Shown here piece by piece: positions 24,471-37,074 of a stretch of 64,000 nucleotides of DNA. The stretch is taken from assembly GCA_024137785.1 (NCBI GenBank), contig JAHRHZ010000068.1, forward strand, positions 1,173,609 to 1,237,608. The letters are read 5' to 3'. How positions within the stretch are numbered: the first letter of the stretch is position 1; the number at the start of each line of letters is the position of its first letter. The position numbers and the translations under genes are program-made. Below the pieces are notes generated by a model that worked only from the letters and a program-made list of their open reading frames with translations, searched no databases and had not been told where the DNA came from. This stretch comes from Ginglymostoma cirratum. Taxonomy: Eukaryota.

Positions 24471-26925
24471 ACCGACGAGGTTTAAAGTGCAAAGTGGACT
24501 ACTGTATCTCAAGTGAGTTGGAGATGTGCCATGATGATGTTGTGAGCTGGTATGTACCCAAGGCCAACCTCTGTGGATGGGATGGTACAGGCAGTCACCG
24601 CCTATGAGCTTGCCCTGAAGTGCTTGGGATTGCTGGTCAAGATGGAAACCCAGCGGAGCAGGCTGTGAGCTGGAGCTGCCAAGTATCTGTTCTGACATTC
24701 ATTTTAGGAATGTCGCCATCTCATTCCTCTCCACTGCGTTGTAGAATAGCAGACTGCATATCAATGAGGCGAGATTAGGTACTGATGAGACGTTAATACA
24801 TGCTTTTCCCTGCTCACCAGAGAGATTCTCAATTCACCATTCAAACCTCTAGTGGAAAATCAGATCCCTTCTTGATGTCGAGAATCTCACGTTTCCAATC
24901 ATGCCATACTTTACCAAAAGACTCACCATTGTCCATGGCATCCGGGGCTGGAAAAAATCACCTCATGGTCAAGGGCCCAGATTGCATTTAAACACAAAGT
25001 CTTCTGCAAAATGTTTTCCTGTTTCGAAATATAGCTCATTGTTTCCCTGTTGGGTGAATGAGGAGGGAAATCTGACTGTGTCTTGTTTGCCAAAGGAGAA
25101 TTCATCAGTCTGAAAATCAAGATATGAATGCATAACATTAAGAACCATGCATACAGAATAACAATGTTATGTCTTTGAATGAAGGGCTCATCTTCTACAT
25201 TCTCCTCCATTTTGGCCAGCAGACTGACTGACAGAGCACACATCAACAGACCCTGGTTCATGATGTGAGGAATCATCATTGTTGCCAAGCTCCACCCATG
25301 CGTTCTCTCACTCAATATGCATGTCGCTGGCAGCCAAAATACCCAGCAAAGGCTAAGACAAATCTTTAATCATGATGGGGCTTGCTATGCCAGAACCACA
25401 ACCATCCAATTTATATGAATTTAGCAATGTTAAAAATCATTGATAGTTACACAGGCCCTTAGACTCAGAATAGAAAGGATGACTTTGTACATTTGTTACA
25501 GTGCCCTACTATGAGCTATTTAAACCATTGAGTAGAAAGGATGTAAGGGGTCATTGTACCACCCCAACAATGATCCAGCAGTGTTGGCTCCCAAATCTCA
25601 GTATTACAGAAATCTTTACCCCAAAGGCTTTTAAATCTGTTAAGGGTGAGTACATACATTAACCAGTAAGTAACTATATAAAAGCAAGTAAATGTATTGC
25701 ATGAGGAATATTGTCAGGGAAGAATAATAGCTAGGTGAAGAAATTAACGCAATCAGTTTAGCAACTCAGGGCTAATGTATCAGCAACATGTTATTTGCTA
25801 GGTAAAACGATACTAAGAGGGGCAGGGCACCTGCCACACTTTGGAGATAATATTTTATCATAAGTCATGACAAAGTGTCCATGAAATGAAATCATGCATT
25901 TTAAGGGCAGAAATCTCAGCATTCTACTTATTATCCGTTATTTTCCTTCATCTCAAAACAAATTCAGCCACTGGAATCTGCACTAAAATCATCCAACTCC
26001 TTTGATTTGCTCATCCAAAGATAATCATATGATTTGACAAACAAATACGTTTTATCTTTGCAGGCTTGTCCTGAATGAGTGAGCTAGATCTTAACCACAA
26101 CATCAACAACTGCTGTGCAAACACAAGTTTGGTGCCTAGCATCCAGCATGATTAAGGTCAAGTAACAGGAAATATACAGCTAATTAAAAACTGATGGGGA
26201 TCTGGGTTTCAATTTCCTTTTTGTTCTCATTGTTTTTATCATCTACGTTGATTTTATGTTTATCATTGGTGTTGAGGTTATTTTGTTCATATTGTTCTCA
26301 TAGGGTGAAATCTTACAGAGAGTTCTGAGTGACAAGGGTTATGATATGTTTTATGGCAAAATCAGACGAGAAGTCCAGCAAGATCGATCTCCATGTTGAA
26401 AGCATCTCACTCCACATTCTATGCTTTCACCAAGCAATAAGTCAAAACTCTCACTAGGCAGCAGTGGGTTGCCATTTAAGGAGGCTTATAACTTGCTAAA
26501 AGTGTTGCGAATGGTTCAACTCATCTCATTAACGTTCAGCTTCTTATCTTACCAAATGCAACCAGCAAGCTAGACATGGAGAAATCTTGATGTGGAAATC
26601 AGAGCAGACAACTGGTGACTTTAACTCACCGCTTGCTCCTGTTAGTTAGGTTGCTCAAGAAGGTGGGCCATGATCAGTCCTTCAGGTCTATCCGTGGAAG
26701 CTAAGGGGAAAGGGACATGGGAAGCGAATACATAGGTTCCTGCTGCAGCATGGAGACATGGCGAGCTAATTTTTGGGATTGGCCAGGGGAAGGCGGGTAG
26801 ACAATTGTGAAGGGAGCAAAGATATCTGCATTGGGGGGAGAGGGGGCAAATTCAGCAAAGTGTAGATAGGAAGGGGGTTTATGTAGGGGAATTACATTGA
26901 TGGTTAGGAGCACCCTGGCTTCAAG

Positions 26926-26962
26926 GTGTGTGTGTGTGCATGTGTGTGTGTGTGTGTGTGTG
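26926..26962. repeat. (GT)n microsatellite, interrupted once
   Basis: Directly visible GT run. Confidence 0.95.
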
Positions 26963-27487
26963 GGCAGTTTGGAGGGGTCAATGAGCTGTTTATAACTATT
27001 CCTGGCAATGGTCTCTTCATACACCAGTGTCTGAGTGGTAAAGGTGGGGGAAGGTTGAAGCTTATGTAGACAGGTTGGGTGGGGACCTGTGATGTGAAGC
27101 CTACTGGGGGGGGGGGTGCAGTTCACAGGAAGGGAATTTGGACGTTTGGGGCATCATTTACACATTGTGGTAGAAGCTGCAATCCAATCTGAGGAACACT
27201 CAGTGTCACCTTCCATCGAAGTATACAATGGGAAAGAAAATAAACAATATACAATGTGGCTGCAACCACACTCAAAATGGGCAGGATAAGTGATTCACCT
27301 TTGAAGGAAGGACCTGCAGAACCCACTGATGTGAGGCCTTTTAAAGGGAAACAACATTACATACAGATGCATGCACTGTACAAGACAAAGACTTGTGGGA
27401 TGTCTAATGCCTGGCCATCTGAAAGCATTTATTCCCTATGTGTGGTGCACTTCCCTGCCCCAGATATTGCTGACCATCTCATTCTTA

Positions 27488-27841
27488 TTCTTATTCATTA
27501 GCAGGATGAGGATGCTGGCTAGGCAGCATTATTATCCATCCCTAATTGCCCAGAGGGCAGTTCACAGTCAACCACATTGCTATGGGTCTGGAATCACATG
27601 TAGGCCAGACCGGGTAAGGATGTCAGTTTCCTTCCCTAAAGGACATTAGTGAACCAGGTGGGTGTTTCCAACAATCAACAATGGATTCATGGTCATCATT
27701 AGACTCTTAGTTCCAGATTTTTTTTATTGAATTCACATTCCACCATCTGCCGTGGCGGGATTTCAACTCAGGTCCCCAGAATGTTATCTGGGTGTCTGGA
27801 TTAACAGTCCAGCGACAAGACCACTATACCATTACCGCCCT
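27488..27841 (-). mobile_element. tRNA-derived SINE (family A), near full length
   Basis: Reverse complement of the 19455-19806 type, well conserved. Confidence 0.88.
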
Positions 27842-30232
27842 ACTCACACCAACATTTATGGACACAGAGGCCGGGAAAGAGTAAGGATGTTCTTGGATAA
27901 GTATAATGATGCCAACAGAACCCATCGCCCTATATAAAATGTGTTCATCTTGCTTCCACAAGCTAGACCAGGCTTTCAACATAGACATCAATTCACTGTA
28001 CATCCTGCATGGACAGGAAGTTAGGGATCATGTTGGCACAGTTACATTCGGGGCTACTCAGAGATAAACAACCAGACGTATGGTGCAATTTAGAGAAACA
28101 TTCCAAATAACATACAGTGCATTGTCACCCATGCCACCAAAGTGCCCTTAAGTTTCCTCTCCCTCTCCCTCCCACTACAATATAGTCCACAGTTCTGCAG
28201 TTGAGGTGCAGGGACCCTTCTTGGCAGTGAAGCCATTGGCCCCTGGAGGTTTGTTTGGGAGACCGCAAAGACCTTTATGGCCTTGACATGCTGAGACTTT
28301 CCTTGCTGCATTCAATGGACCCTTCTCAGTTTGAACTTCCAAGGGTCGGAGAAAGACAGGCATGGTGGAGGTGGACAGTCTTCTGGAATATCCTCAGTGG
28401 AGACCCTGAGGGAGTTGCTTATGGTTCCTCTTCCTTCTGCTTGACTCCTGTCTTTTTGTGAGGAAGGGACATCTGGAGTGAGCGCCAGATTTCCCATCCC
28501 CCTTTAGTCCTAAGAATCAATGGCTGGAGAAATTGCTCTCATTGTGTTTATAATTCATTTTTACATAGCTTTTACAGTTTTATAGATTTTATGGCACGTG
28601 GACTGAAAAGATGGTTTACATGAAAGGAAAGGGTCAAGAAATTCAGTTCTTACTTGCGATTAATTGCATTGTACTTAGTTAATGTGTAGGTTGCTGAGTG
28701 CATTTGCTGTCATGTTAATGCCTTTGACAGCTTCCATTGATGCATTAGAGAGTTTCCTTTAGAAACCTTTGAGAGCTTTATTTTGATGTCTTGAAGATCT
28801 TTGATTTAATACTTTTTTTGAGAGCTTTGACACCAACTGGACAGCTTCATTTTTATGCCATCTGGCACTTGATAACTTTGAGCCTTTCTCTTGATCCAAA
28901 TGAGAATATTTAATGTCAAATGTGAGCATAAATGATGCTGAAATTTTCTGTCAGGGTAAAAACCTAAGAAATAAAGATTAGTGAATGCACCCTGGCATGT
29001 CATATCTGTCCAACTAGCCTCAAGTGCTGATCCATTCACCACATACCAGCAATCTCCATAAACCATGGCTCAAACATCATATTCACATACTTCACCTCAC
29101 AATCAGTCACACTATTAGCACTGCTAGAAAGTGCATACCCACAGCTCACTGTCTGCACACACACTGCAATTGTGGCAGGGATATCACTTAAAATCATTGC
29201 ACCATGCTCACTGACAAACTTCCCTCTCCTTTGAAAGACAATGTGACCCAAACATACAGTAGCATCAGCAGCAGCTAATTCATTTTGTGGAAGGCACAGC
29301 TACATTTATTAATTTCCAACGAGGAGATGGTGCTTTGATAATTGGAACAACTATCACTGTGGCCATTGCAGGAAGGGGAATGAAACCATCAAGAAATATT
29401 TGTATTATGTTCTTGCTGAATGTTCCTTCATACATCCAATCTCAGTCTCATTCTGCACAAGCTGGATGGCAAAGATATTGATGAGAAAACAACCCTCATT
29501 TCTTCATCTGAAACTCGAGCGCATCAGTTTAAACATTTGCACTCTGCATACTTTAATGGATAACATAGAGGGTCGTATCAAAATGCTGTGAGTCATTGGG
29601 ACTGAGTTGCCCATAACCAGAGCAGAGGGAAAGAATATGTTGGTATCAAATCACTTTATGGTGAATATAAGAATTTAATTGTACAAAACTCAGGTGAGGT
29701 CTTCAATGTAGGAAAATGCTAATGGGCATGCACACAGAAATGCTTGGTGCAATGGCCTTCCCTTAGAAAAACACTTATCATTGTATGTTATCTATTCTAA
29801 AATAGCATCCAATGATAAACGTAATAAAACGAGAAAACGTTAATAATGAGAAGACTGAAATTTTTGCTTTTTAACAGTTGGTTCATTCTGGGCAATCTAA
29901 GCCAAAATAGCAGTAAGCATGGACCATATTCTTTGCTTTGGCATCATTAAACCCATTAGACAAGTGATGAAAAACATTGGGGAGCTTTAACACTGATAAT
30001 TAAGTAATTAAGATCACAAGAAGGAAAAATACATTTCTAAATTTCAAAATACAACAAGGATTTTATATGTACATTTCCAGCATATCCCTACTGATTTTCC
30101 ATTAAAATTAATGTTGGCAGTGAGATGGCAGGTGGTCTGGAAACTTTCATAAGTACATTTGTTTTGTCTTAGCTCTCACTCAATTTCTTCTCTCCCCATT
30201 TGTTGAGACTCTTCAACCATTATCTTCCCATG

Positions 30233-30415
30233 AAGAAAAAATCAGTGTTAATGTTTCGGGTCCTGTGACTCTTGCTCAGCAGAGTTCTGAGGAAGGGTCA
30301 CTTGACCCAAAACGTTAACTCTGTTTTTTTCCTCACAGATGCTGCCAGACCTGCTGAGCTTTTCCAGCAACTTTTGTTTTTGTTCCTGATTTACAGCAGT
30401 TCTTTTGGTTTTTAC
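30233..30415 (+). mobile_element. Short Penelope-type element, subfamily 2, with two opposed hammerhead-like motifs
   Basis: 13-bp flanking direct repeat ttatcttcccatg (30220-30232) / ttatcttccaatg (30416-30428). Internal inverted repeat at 30243-30323. Confidence 0.75.
30280..30323 (+). ncRNA. Minimal type I hammerhead ribozyme-like motif (G12 mutated in this copy)
   Basis: CAGAGUU-CUGAGGA-A-GGGUC-ACUU-GACCC-(A)AAAC-GUU-AACUCUG gives a 7-bp stem I, a CUGANGA box, a 5-bp stem II, a GAAA box with G>A, a palindromic ACGU helix III and the NUH triplet GUU. Confidence 0.6.
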
Positions 30416-30769
30416 TTATCTTCCAATGCCTTTCTCAAGTCACCAGTATTAACATGTTTGCAATATCGCCAGTGATACAATGAGTATCATGAGGCCACTT
30501 AATTACAAAATATTTCAGCGATCAATTGTGTTCTCACTTGGGTCTAGAATTTTGACAATGCTGCACTAGTTTTACAGATGGATAATGAGCACAAAGACGT
30601 CCAAAATGGTTAATAGTGTGCATATTTATATTGGACGAAACTTAATTTCCCACTCAGGAGCAGGCACAGAGGTGGGGAGTTGTGGCCATAGATTTGTGAA
30701 GCAAGATAAATGTGCATTGCTGTCAATTTCCCAATCACCATCCCGTCCTATTAAGTCACGGTAAGGAAG

Positions 30770-31085
30770 GTCAAGGAAAGCCTTCCCACTTGGAGGCCAA
30801 TTGAGTGGGCATAAGTTTAAGGTGAGGACTAAGTGGTTTAGAGAAGATTTGAGGAAAGATTTTAGCCAGAGGGCGGTACAAATATATATCACACTGCCTA
30901 AGAGGATGGTGGAGGCAGGTACTCTTACAATATTTAAGAACCATCTGGATGAGCATTTAAAATGCCACGGCTTTGGAGGCTATGGACCAAGTGCAGGTAA
31001 ATGAGATGAACGTGGTTTGGTGTTTGCTGGTCAGTATAGCAACAGCAGGCCAAAGGGCCTGTTTCTATGGTGAGTCTATGACTCA
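30770..31085 (+). mobile_element. CR1 LINE 3' end
   Basis: ORF 30801: 'GHKFKVRTKWFREDLRKDFSQRAVQIYITLPKRMVEAGTLTIFKNHLDEHL..GYGPSAGK'. Confidence 0.88.
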
Positions 31086-31117
31086 ATAATTTGTGGTAAC
31101 TTAACATAAGTTCATCA

Positions 31118-31810
31118 AAACATAAGAAATAACAGCAAGAGTAAGCCAGTCAGCCCCTCAAGCTTTCCCCACCATTCAAGAAGATCATGGCAGATCTGCC
31201 CAAGGCCCCAACTTATCCTTCATGTCAGCTCCTCAAACCCCTCAACTTCCCAATATGGAAATTCATCTCCCTCCTCTTTAGACACTTACAGTGAGTGATC
31301 TGGTATCCATAGCCCTCTGGGGTAGGGCTCCAAACATTTACTACCTTCTGAGAGAGAAGAAATTCCTTCACATCTCAGGTTTAAATTAGAGTCCCCTTAT
31401 TCTGTAACTATGTTCCCTTGTTTGAGATTCCCCTACCAGTGGAAACATCTTCTCAACATCAACCCTATGAAGCCCCCTCAAAATCTTGTTTTTCAATAAG
31501 ATCACTACTCATTTCCCTAAACTTGAATGAATAAATGTCTAGCCTGTCTAGCTGTTCTTGATAAGTCAATTCCTTCATCTCAGAAATCAGCCTTATGAAT
31601 CTCTTTTCAACAACCTCCAATGCCAGTGTAGTCCTTTTTTAAACAAAAGGACCAAAACAATACATATTATTTCAGAAGCAGCCCATATGCAAGGCTGTTA
31701 ACGAGATTTTTAAATGCCAACCATACCACACCCCCTCCCCAGCAATAAAGTCTAAAGTTCCAATTAAATTCTCAATCATTTGCTGTACCTGAAAGCTAAC
31801 TTTCTATGTT
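31118..31810 (-). mobile_element. CR1 LINE 3' portion, degraded
   Basis: Begins 'aacataagaaataacagcaagagtaagcc..ccattcaagaagatcatggcagatctg' (CR1 3' UTR reverse complement), followed by ORF2 C-terminal remnants. Confidence 0.75.
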
Positions 31811-31974
31811 TTATGCTTTCATCACCTACCAAGTAAAGACCTCATCCTACCACAGCTGATATTCGTTTATGTCTTTGTTACCTCTCAGTTTGATTAATGC
31901 AATCCTGCTGGTCTCTCACTTTCTATCTTCCATGAACTTGAGGTCATCCAAAATTATGCTGCATATGTGGCACA

Positions 31975-32238
31975 GGTGGCATGGCAGCTCAGTGGTCAGC
32001 ATTGCTGACTCACAGCACCAGGGACCTGGGTTTGATTCCAGCCTTGGGTGACTCTCTGTGTGGAGTTTGCACATTCTCCCTGTATCTGTGTGGGTTTGCT
32101 CCAGCTTCCTCCCACAGTCCAAACATGCGCAGGTTAGGTGGATTGGCCATAGCAAATATAGGGTGCGCAGTGGTGGATCTGGGTGGGATGTTCTTTGGAA
32201 GGCTGAATGGCCTGCTTCCATACTGTAGGGATTCTATG
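31975..32238 (+). mobile_element. HE1-type V-SINE
   Basis: Clear homology to 8626-8976 (head, V-domain, tail 'tactgtagggattctatg'). Confidence 0.88.
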
Positions 32239-32249
32239 TGTTAGCTGCA

Positions 32250-33052
32250 GAAAGTCCCATTCACATATCACCCTTGTTCACTCTGATGCTTGTTAACTTC
32301 TGTCCAAAGTCTTTATTTTAAATTGTCTTCCTTGTTCCTAAATTACTTGCACTTCCGTATCCTTGTATTTTTCTGAAATTCATTCACAGGATATGGGCTG
32401 CTTAAGCCAGCATTGATTGACCATCTCTTATTACCTAGAAGATACTGATGAGTCAACCACTTTGCTGTGGGTCTGGAGTCACATCTGGACCAGACCAGAT
32501 AAAGATGGCAGATTTCCTTCCCTAAATGACATTAGTGAGCCAAATGAGCTTTTAAAACAGTCAACAATGTTTACATGGTTGCCAATGGACGAACTATTTA
32601 TTCCAGATTTTTTAGTGAATTCAAATTTCTCCATCTGCAATGGTGGGATTCAAACCCATGTCTCCAGATCATTAAGCTGGCGTTCTGAATTAGTCATCGT
32701 AACCACCACTGCCACGTTCTTCAGTCCTACAACCCTCTGAGAAATCTGCGCTCCTGAAACTCTGGCATCTTGACCATCAATTTTAGTTGCTACATCCTTG
32801 TGGCCATGCCTTCAATTACCTAGGCCCCCCCAAGCTCTGGATTACATTCCCTGCGGCTTTCTGTTTCTCCAGCTTGGTTTCCTCATTCTACACTGCTCAT
32901 TATGACCTCATCGTTGACCAAGCTTTTGGGATCTGACCTAATATCTCTTTAAGTGGTGCAGTGCCATATTTTGTTTTACAATGCATTTGCAAAACACTTT
33001 GAAACAGTTCTTTGTGTTAAGGATACTACGTAAATATGATATTGTTATTGTA
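32250..33052 (+). mobile_element. L2-clade LINE 3' end, interrupted by a SINE
   Basis: Remnants of FKI..LV, G.AF..LGP.LW..P and L.DQAF motifs, plus an L2-type tail ending 'aaatatgatattgttattg'. Confidence 0.55.
32375..32720 (-). mobile_element. tRNA-derived SINE (family A)
   Basis: Homologous to 27488-27841 ('gggtctggagtcaca..ccagacc..ttccttccctaaa.gacattagtga'). Confidence 0.82.
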
Positions 33053-34869
33053 CTGAGGCTGCCCAGTGAAATCTGGCAGTCTCCCAGTGTCCATGGGATG
33101 GGGGAGCACACCCACCTCAAATTGAGTGGCAAAGGCCCGCTGCTTTTACGATCTTGGGCCAGTGAGACCACAAACTCATTTCAATTCCAGGGTACCCTTT
33201 TCCATGGCTGAAATCCCAATGGTGGCTACCAGTGGCACTACAGGGACTGATTAGCTGGAAAATCATAGAGATGGGGCCTACACTCTTTGGGGATCTACAT
33301 GAGGCATAACCAGCATTCCTTAAAAGGAGCACTGCCCGGACAACCCCAAATCGACAATTTCAAATGAGTATCATTCCAAATGTAGATCTGGGAAAGGCCA
33401 GAATATTCTTGACAGCTCCACCATCAACTCACAGGCTCCTTCCAACCTCTGATCACTCCTCTTTGAATCAGAGCCACTCCCTTTCCTGGTTTTCCTTTTT
33501 CCAGGACTGGGAACACCCAGAAGCTGCCTGCAGTTCGCTGATCTGATGTAAATAAAGCCAGAGGCTGTTTATTGGGTGTGCCTTGGACCTACCCATTCCA
33601 GTACAGACATTGGGCATTATTCTTGGCCTATATAAATACATATATATAAATGACTCAGCTACTGACTGATTAGTTTTGTTAAGCAATCAAGAGGATGGTG
33701 GTAGTGTCTTACAGATCATTTGTGATGTCTGAATGATTGTGGTAACATCCACCTTTACATGTATATTGTAATCTGGAATGATGGGTGGTGATGGTACAGG
33801 TTTCCAACTGATTTCTGTCACAGGAATGGCCAGGAAACTGTACCACTCTTAACACCTGCTGTTGTGTGTTGGAAAGATTTGTAGGATGATAATCAACCTG
33901 TCAGACTAGAAGGAACAGGAATTATTTCCAGACCCTACAGGGAACGTTTTGACCTCCATAGCCTCAGCTATTCATTGCCCCACTTTCTATAATAAGAGAC
34001 TCCATCTGAAATCTTGGTCCCCTCAATTTACTACACACTGGCAGGCAGCCAAGTTCTGTTTAGTTTTCTGTAAATTGACAGCTAATTTCCACCATTTCAT
34101 GTTAATTAGGCTCAGCATTAAAATCACCATGGCTGCATTCTACAGCAGCCGGGAAACTAATGGAAACCAATGCTTCTGCCCCCGGGAAACTCACGGACCA
34201 GTTAAAATCCCCCACCCACTGATTTGACACTTTTGTTCCAGTCTCTCGCTGATATTGCAATTCCATTCGGTGACACTAGATGCCAGTCCTGTGCCTTCAA
34301 TTGGAATTCTTCACAGACCAGTCTGAGCACATACTCAAAATAATTTCACGCTGGATATGTTGTTTGCACATGCCTTGGATTTGTAATAATTACATTTTCG
34401 GATGCAATTTTCTATGCACAGAAATTGCACTGGCTTCAAAACAGAAAGCTAACTGCAAATAAACCCTTTAGTAAAATAAATGGATTTTAATTCTATTATA
34501 CTGCACACGTGAACACTTAGATATTAAACAGGATGTAGAGGATAAAGTAAATATAAGACTGAACCCTTGAAAGGACATTTTGCTTAGATCTATAAAGAGT
34601 TTACACAATTGAAATAGCAGCTTTATTGTCTCCTTAACCAACAACATTTTATGGTGTTAAAGTTAAACTTTGATACGAAACCGAATTTCTATTGAACATT
34701 GCTCCTGGCATAAACAGCCATAAAAAAAACTTAATTTTCTGTTCAAACACTTGAAGCTTTATCTTTGCAGATGCCATTTATGTTTACCTTTGCTAAAGAT
34801 CCTTGACAAACTGAATGTCTCATCAAGATCTTGCAAACTGTGGAGACCGTTGTTACTCCTTATAAGTGT

Positions 34870-35310
34870 AGAATCTGTATTCACCAAGATGATATCAGGG
34901 ATGGGGACCTGTAGCTGTGATTAGAAACTTGAGATGCTGGGGCTATTTTCACTGAAGCAGAGAAGTCTAAAATGACATTTAATCCAAGTTTTAAAATTAT
35001 GAGGTAATTTGATGGAATGATCAGAATGAGGCTGATTTCTCTAGCTGGGTAATCAGTGATGACAGGTCACTGATTACCAAACCAGAGGAAAGATAGAAAT
35101 ATCATCTAGGACAAGAGTAGAAAATCTATCCTTAAAAAGCAGTTTGTCGGTGTATGAAATGCTTTGCCCCAGGCAGAACCTATTGGAACTTTTAAGGAAA
35201 AATTTGATAGCTATTTGAAGCCTGACAAGATCCAAAGTTTTAGTGAGAAAGTGAGGCAGTGTAATTAGTTGTTGATTGCTTTAGGAAGAAAACAATGGGT
35301 TCATTGACCC
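34870..35310 (+). mobile_element. Old CR1 3' fragment
   Basis: 'ctggggctattttcactgaagcagagaag' (LGLFSLE.RR) followed by decayed C-terminal motifs. Confidence 0.6.
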
Positions 35311-36918
35311 AACTATTTCCCACCTTGTCCTGCAAATTTCTTTGGTTTGATGGATTCACCAACTATCCCTTAACATTTCTGCATTCAGTTTTGTATTGTG
35401 AATTTTGGAAATGCAGGGAAATATTCAGCAGTTCCATATTAATAAATTCTAAAGGAACATACGTGTAAATATTTTGGGTTGATCTTTAATTTTATTGATA
35501 TAGGTAGTCTCTTCTGAGATATGATAAAATGAGGGGGTTTTTTTTAGTATAGAAGCTTTCAATGCAGTAAACTAGGATTCTTAGGGATTCAGTTCAACCA
35601 ACCTTCTTTGAAAAAAGCTTTTAAAATGGTGCTATGTGCTGTGATTTAACAAGAAATTTCGATGTCAAAATTGACATCAGGCAGCAAGGACTTTGTGGCA
35701 TCCCAGCAACAACCATATTGGTTTACTAATCAAGTAACTAAAATTTGTTTAAGAAACAGGCACTTCAAGTCCACCATCCGTAATTGAACATTCGGGGAGT
35801 GAGAAAGATTAATTGAGGCCCTAATGTAAATTTCACCAATCTAACTACCAAAGGCAAATGTTTTAAATTCTGAAAGGTAATAACGTTTTCATTCATAAAA
35901 CTACATGAGGTTGGGTTTTCATAGTAAAAAACACATTAAAATGCTTAGATGAAATTTCTCTTTCTGCCATTGTAATAAAGGCATTAATCAGTCTATTATA
36001 AATGAGGTAGCACCTATGTTAAATCATATGAATGTGCTAAAGTGCTCCTTATGAATATCGTTAAGTGCAATTCAACACCCCCTCCCCAATGATAAAAGAT
36101 GCTGAATGATTCACTTCTAATTCATAACTAGTTTACAATGCTCTTATTCCTGTCACTAATCACTGAGAATTCATGTGTTGAATCTCAATCATGCTTCTTG
36201 CAATATCATAACCACATTCAGTGAGACAGTTTCCATAAAAACAAAAATAGCAGACATTTGGCAATAAAATGTCTGATATGGTTTAGACTTCTGAATACTT
36301 GGTTTAAATAAGAAACATATTAACTATCAAAAATGCAAAATTATGTTGTTTGACCTTGAATTTAGAGAGTAAATAACTTAATTAAAAATACAGTAAACAT
36401 CAGTGCAAGAAAAGCAGAAAATATCTGCATTTTCTTTCCATAAAGTGTTGAAAACCTAATAATGAAACAAGTCATTTGGCTTTGATTTTCTAAACTGTCT
36501 TCCTTCCATATTCTCTTTTTGTAGGTTACTACAGCCTTGGTAATTTTGCTTCCTTCTTTAATTTTAATGGGAACTGCACTAGAACACATGCTTATTTGAT
36601 GGATGTGACTAGTGACTTTTTAATCAATTAATTATTGCCACACTTATCCAAAAATTTAAATTCACACAGTGTGATCACACTGAGTAGTGAGGTACAGATG
36701 TAGAAACTCCACTATTCACTTAAACTATTCCTTAACTGTTTTTTTTGTTCCTGATGATAATTCTCACTGTGATAGCTCCTACTTACTCTATTAGACCTAT
36801 TATTTAAAAAGAACTGTTTCAGTGTGGGAAAGCTTCCAAAGACTGGAAGGGCCTAATGAGCATGCCCCTATTGAAACTACAAGAGGGCACAGGAAGAAAT
36901 CTAATTAAGGGATTGTCT

Positions 36919-37074
36919 TAAATAAAACAAAGAACTGCAGATGCTGAAGATCTGAAACCAAAAAGCAGGAATTGCTGGAAAAAATGAAGAGTCACTCGAC
37001 TGGAAATATTAACTTTGCTTTATCTCCAGATACTGCCAGACTGGCTGAGTTTCTCTAGCAATTTATGTTTTTGG
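36919..37074. mobile_element. Short fold-back Penelope-type element, subfamily 2
   Basis: Arms homologous to 30233-30415. 13-bp flanking direct repeat taagggattgtct (36906-36918) / taaggaattgtct (37075-37087). Core degenerate ('tgaagagtcactcgactggaaatattaac'). Confidence 0.7.

Noticed and set aside
25384-25871. Possible solo LTR (TG...CA with a TATA-like motif); similar idea for 15240-16140
   Set aside because: No target-site duplication, PBS, PPT or second copy is visible.
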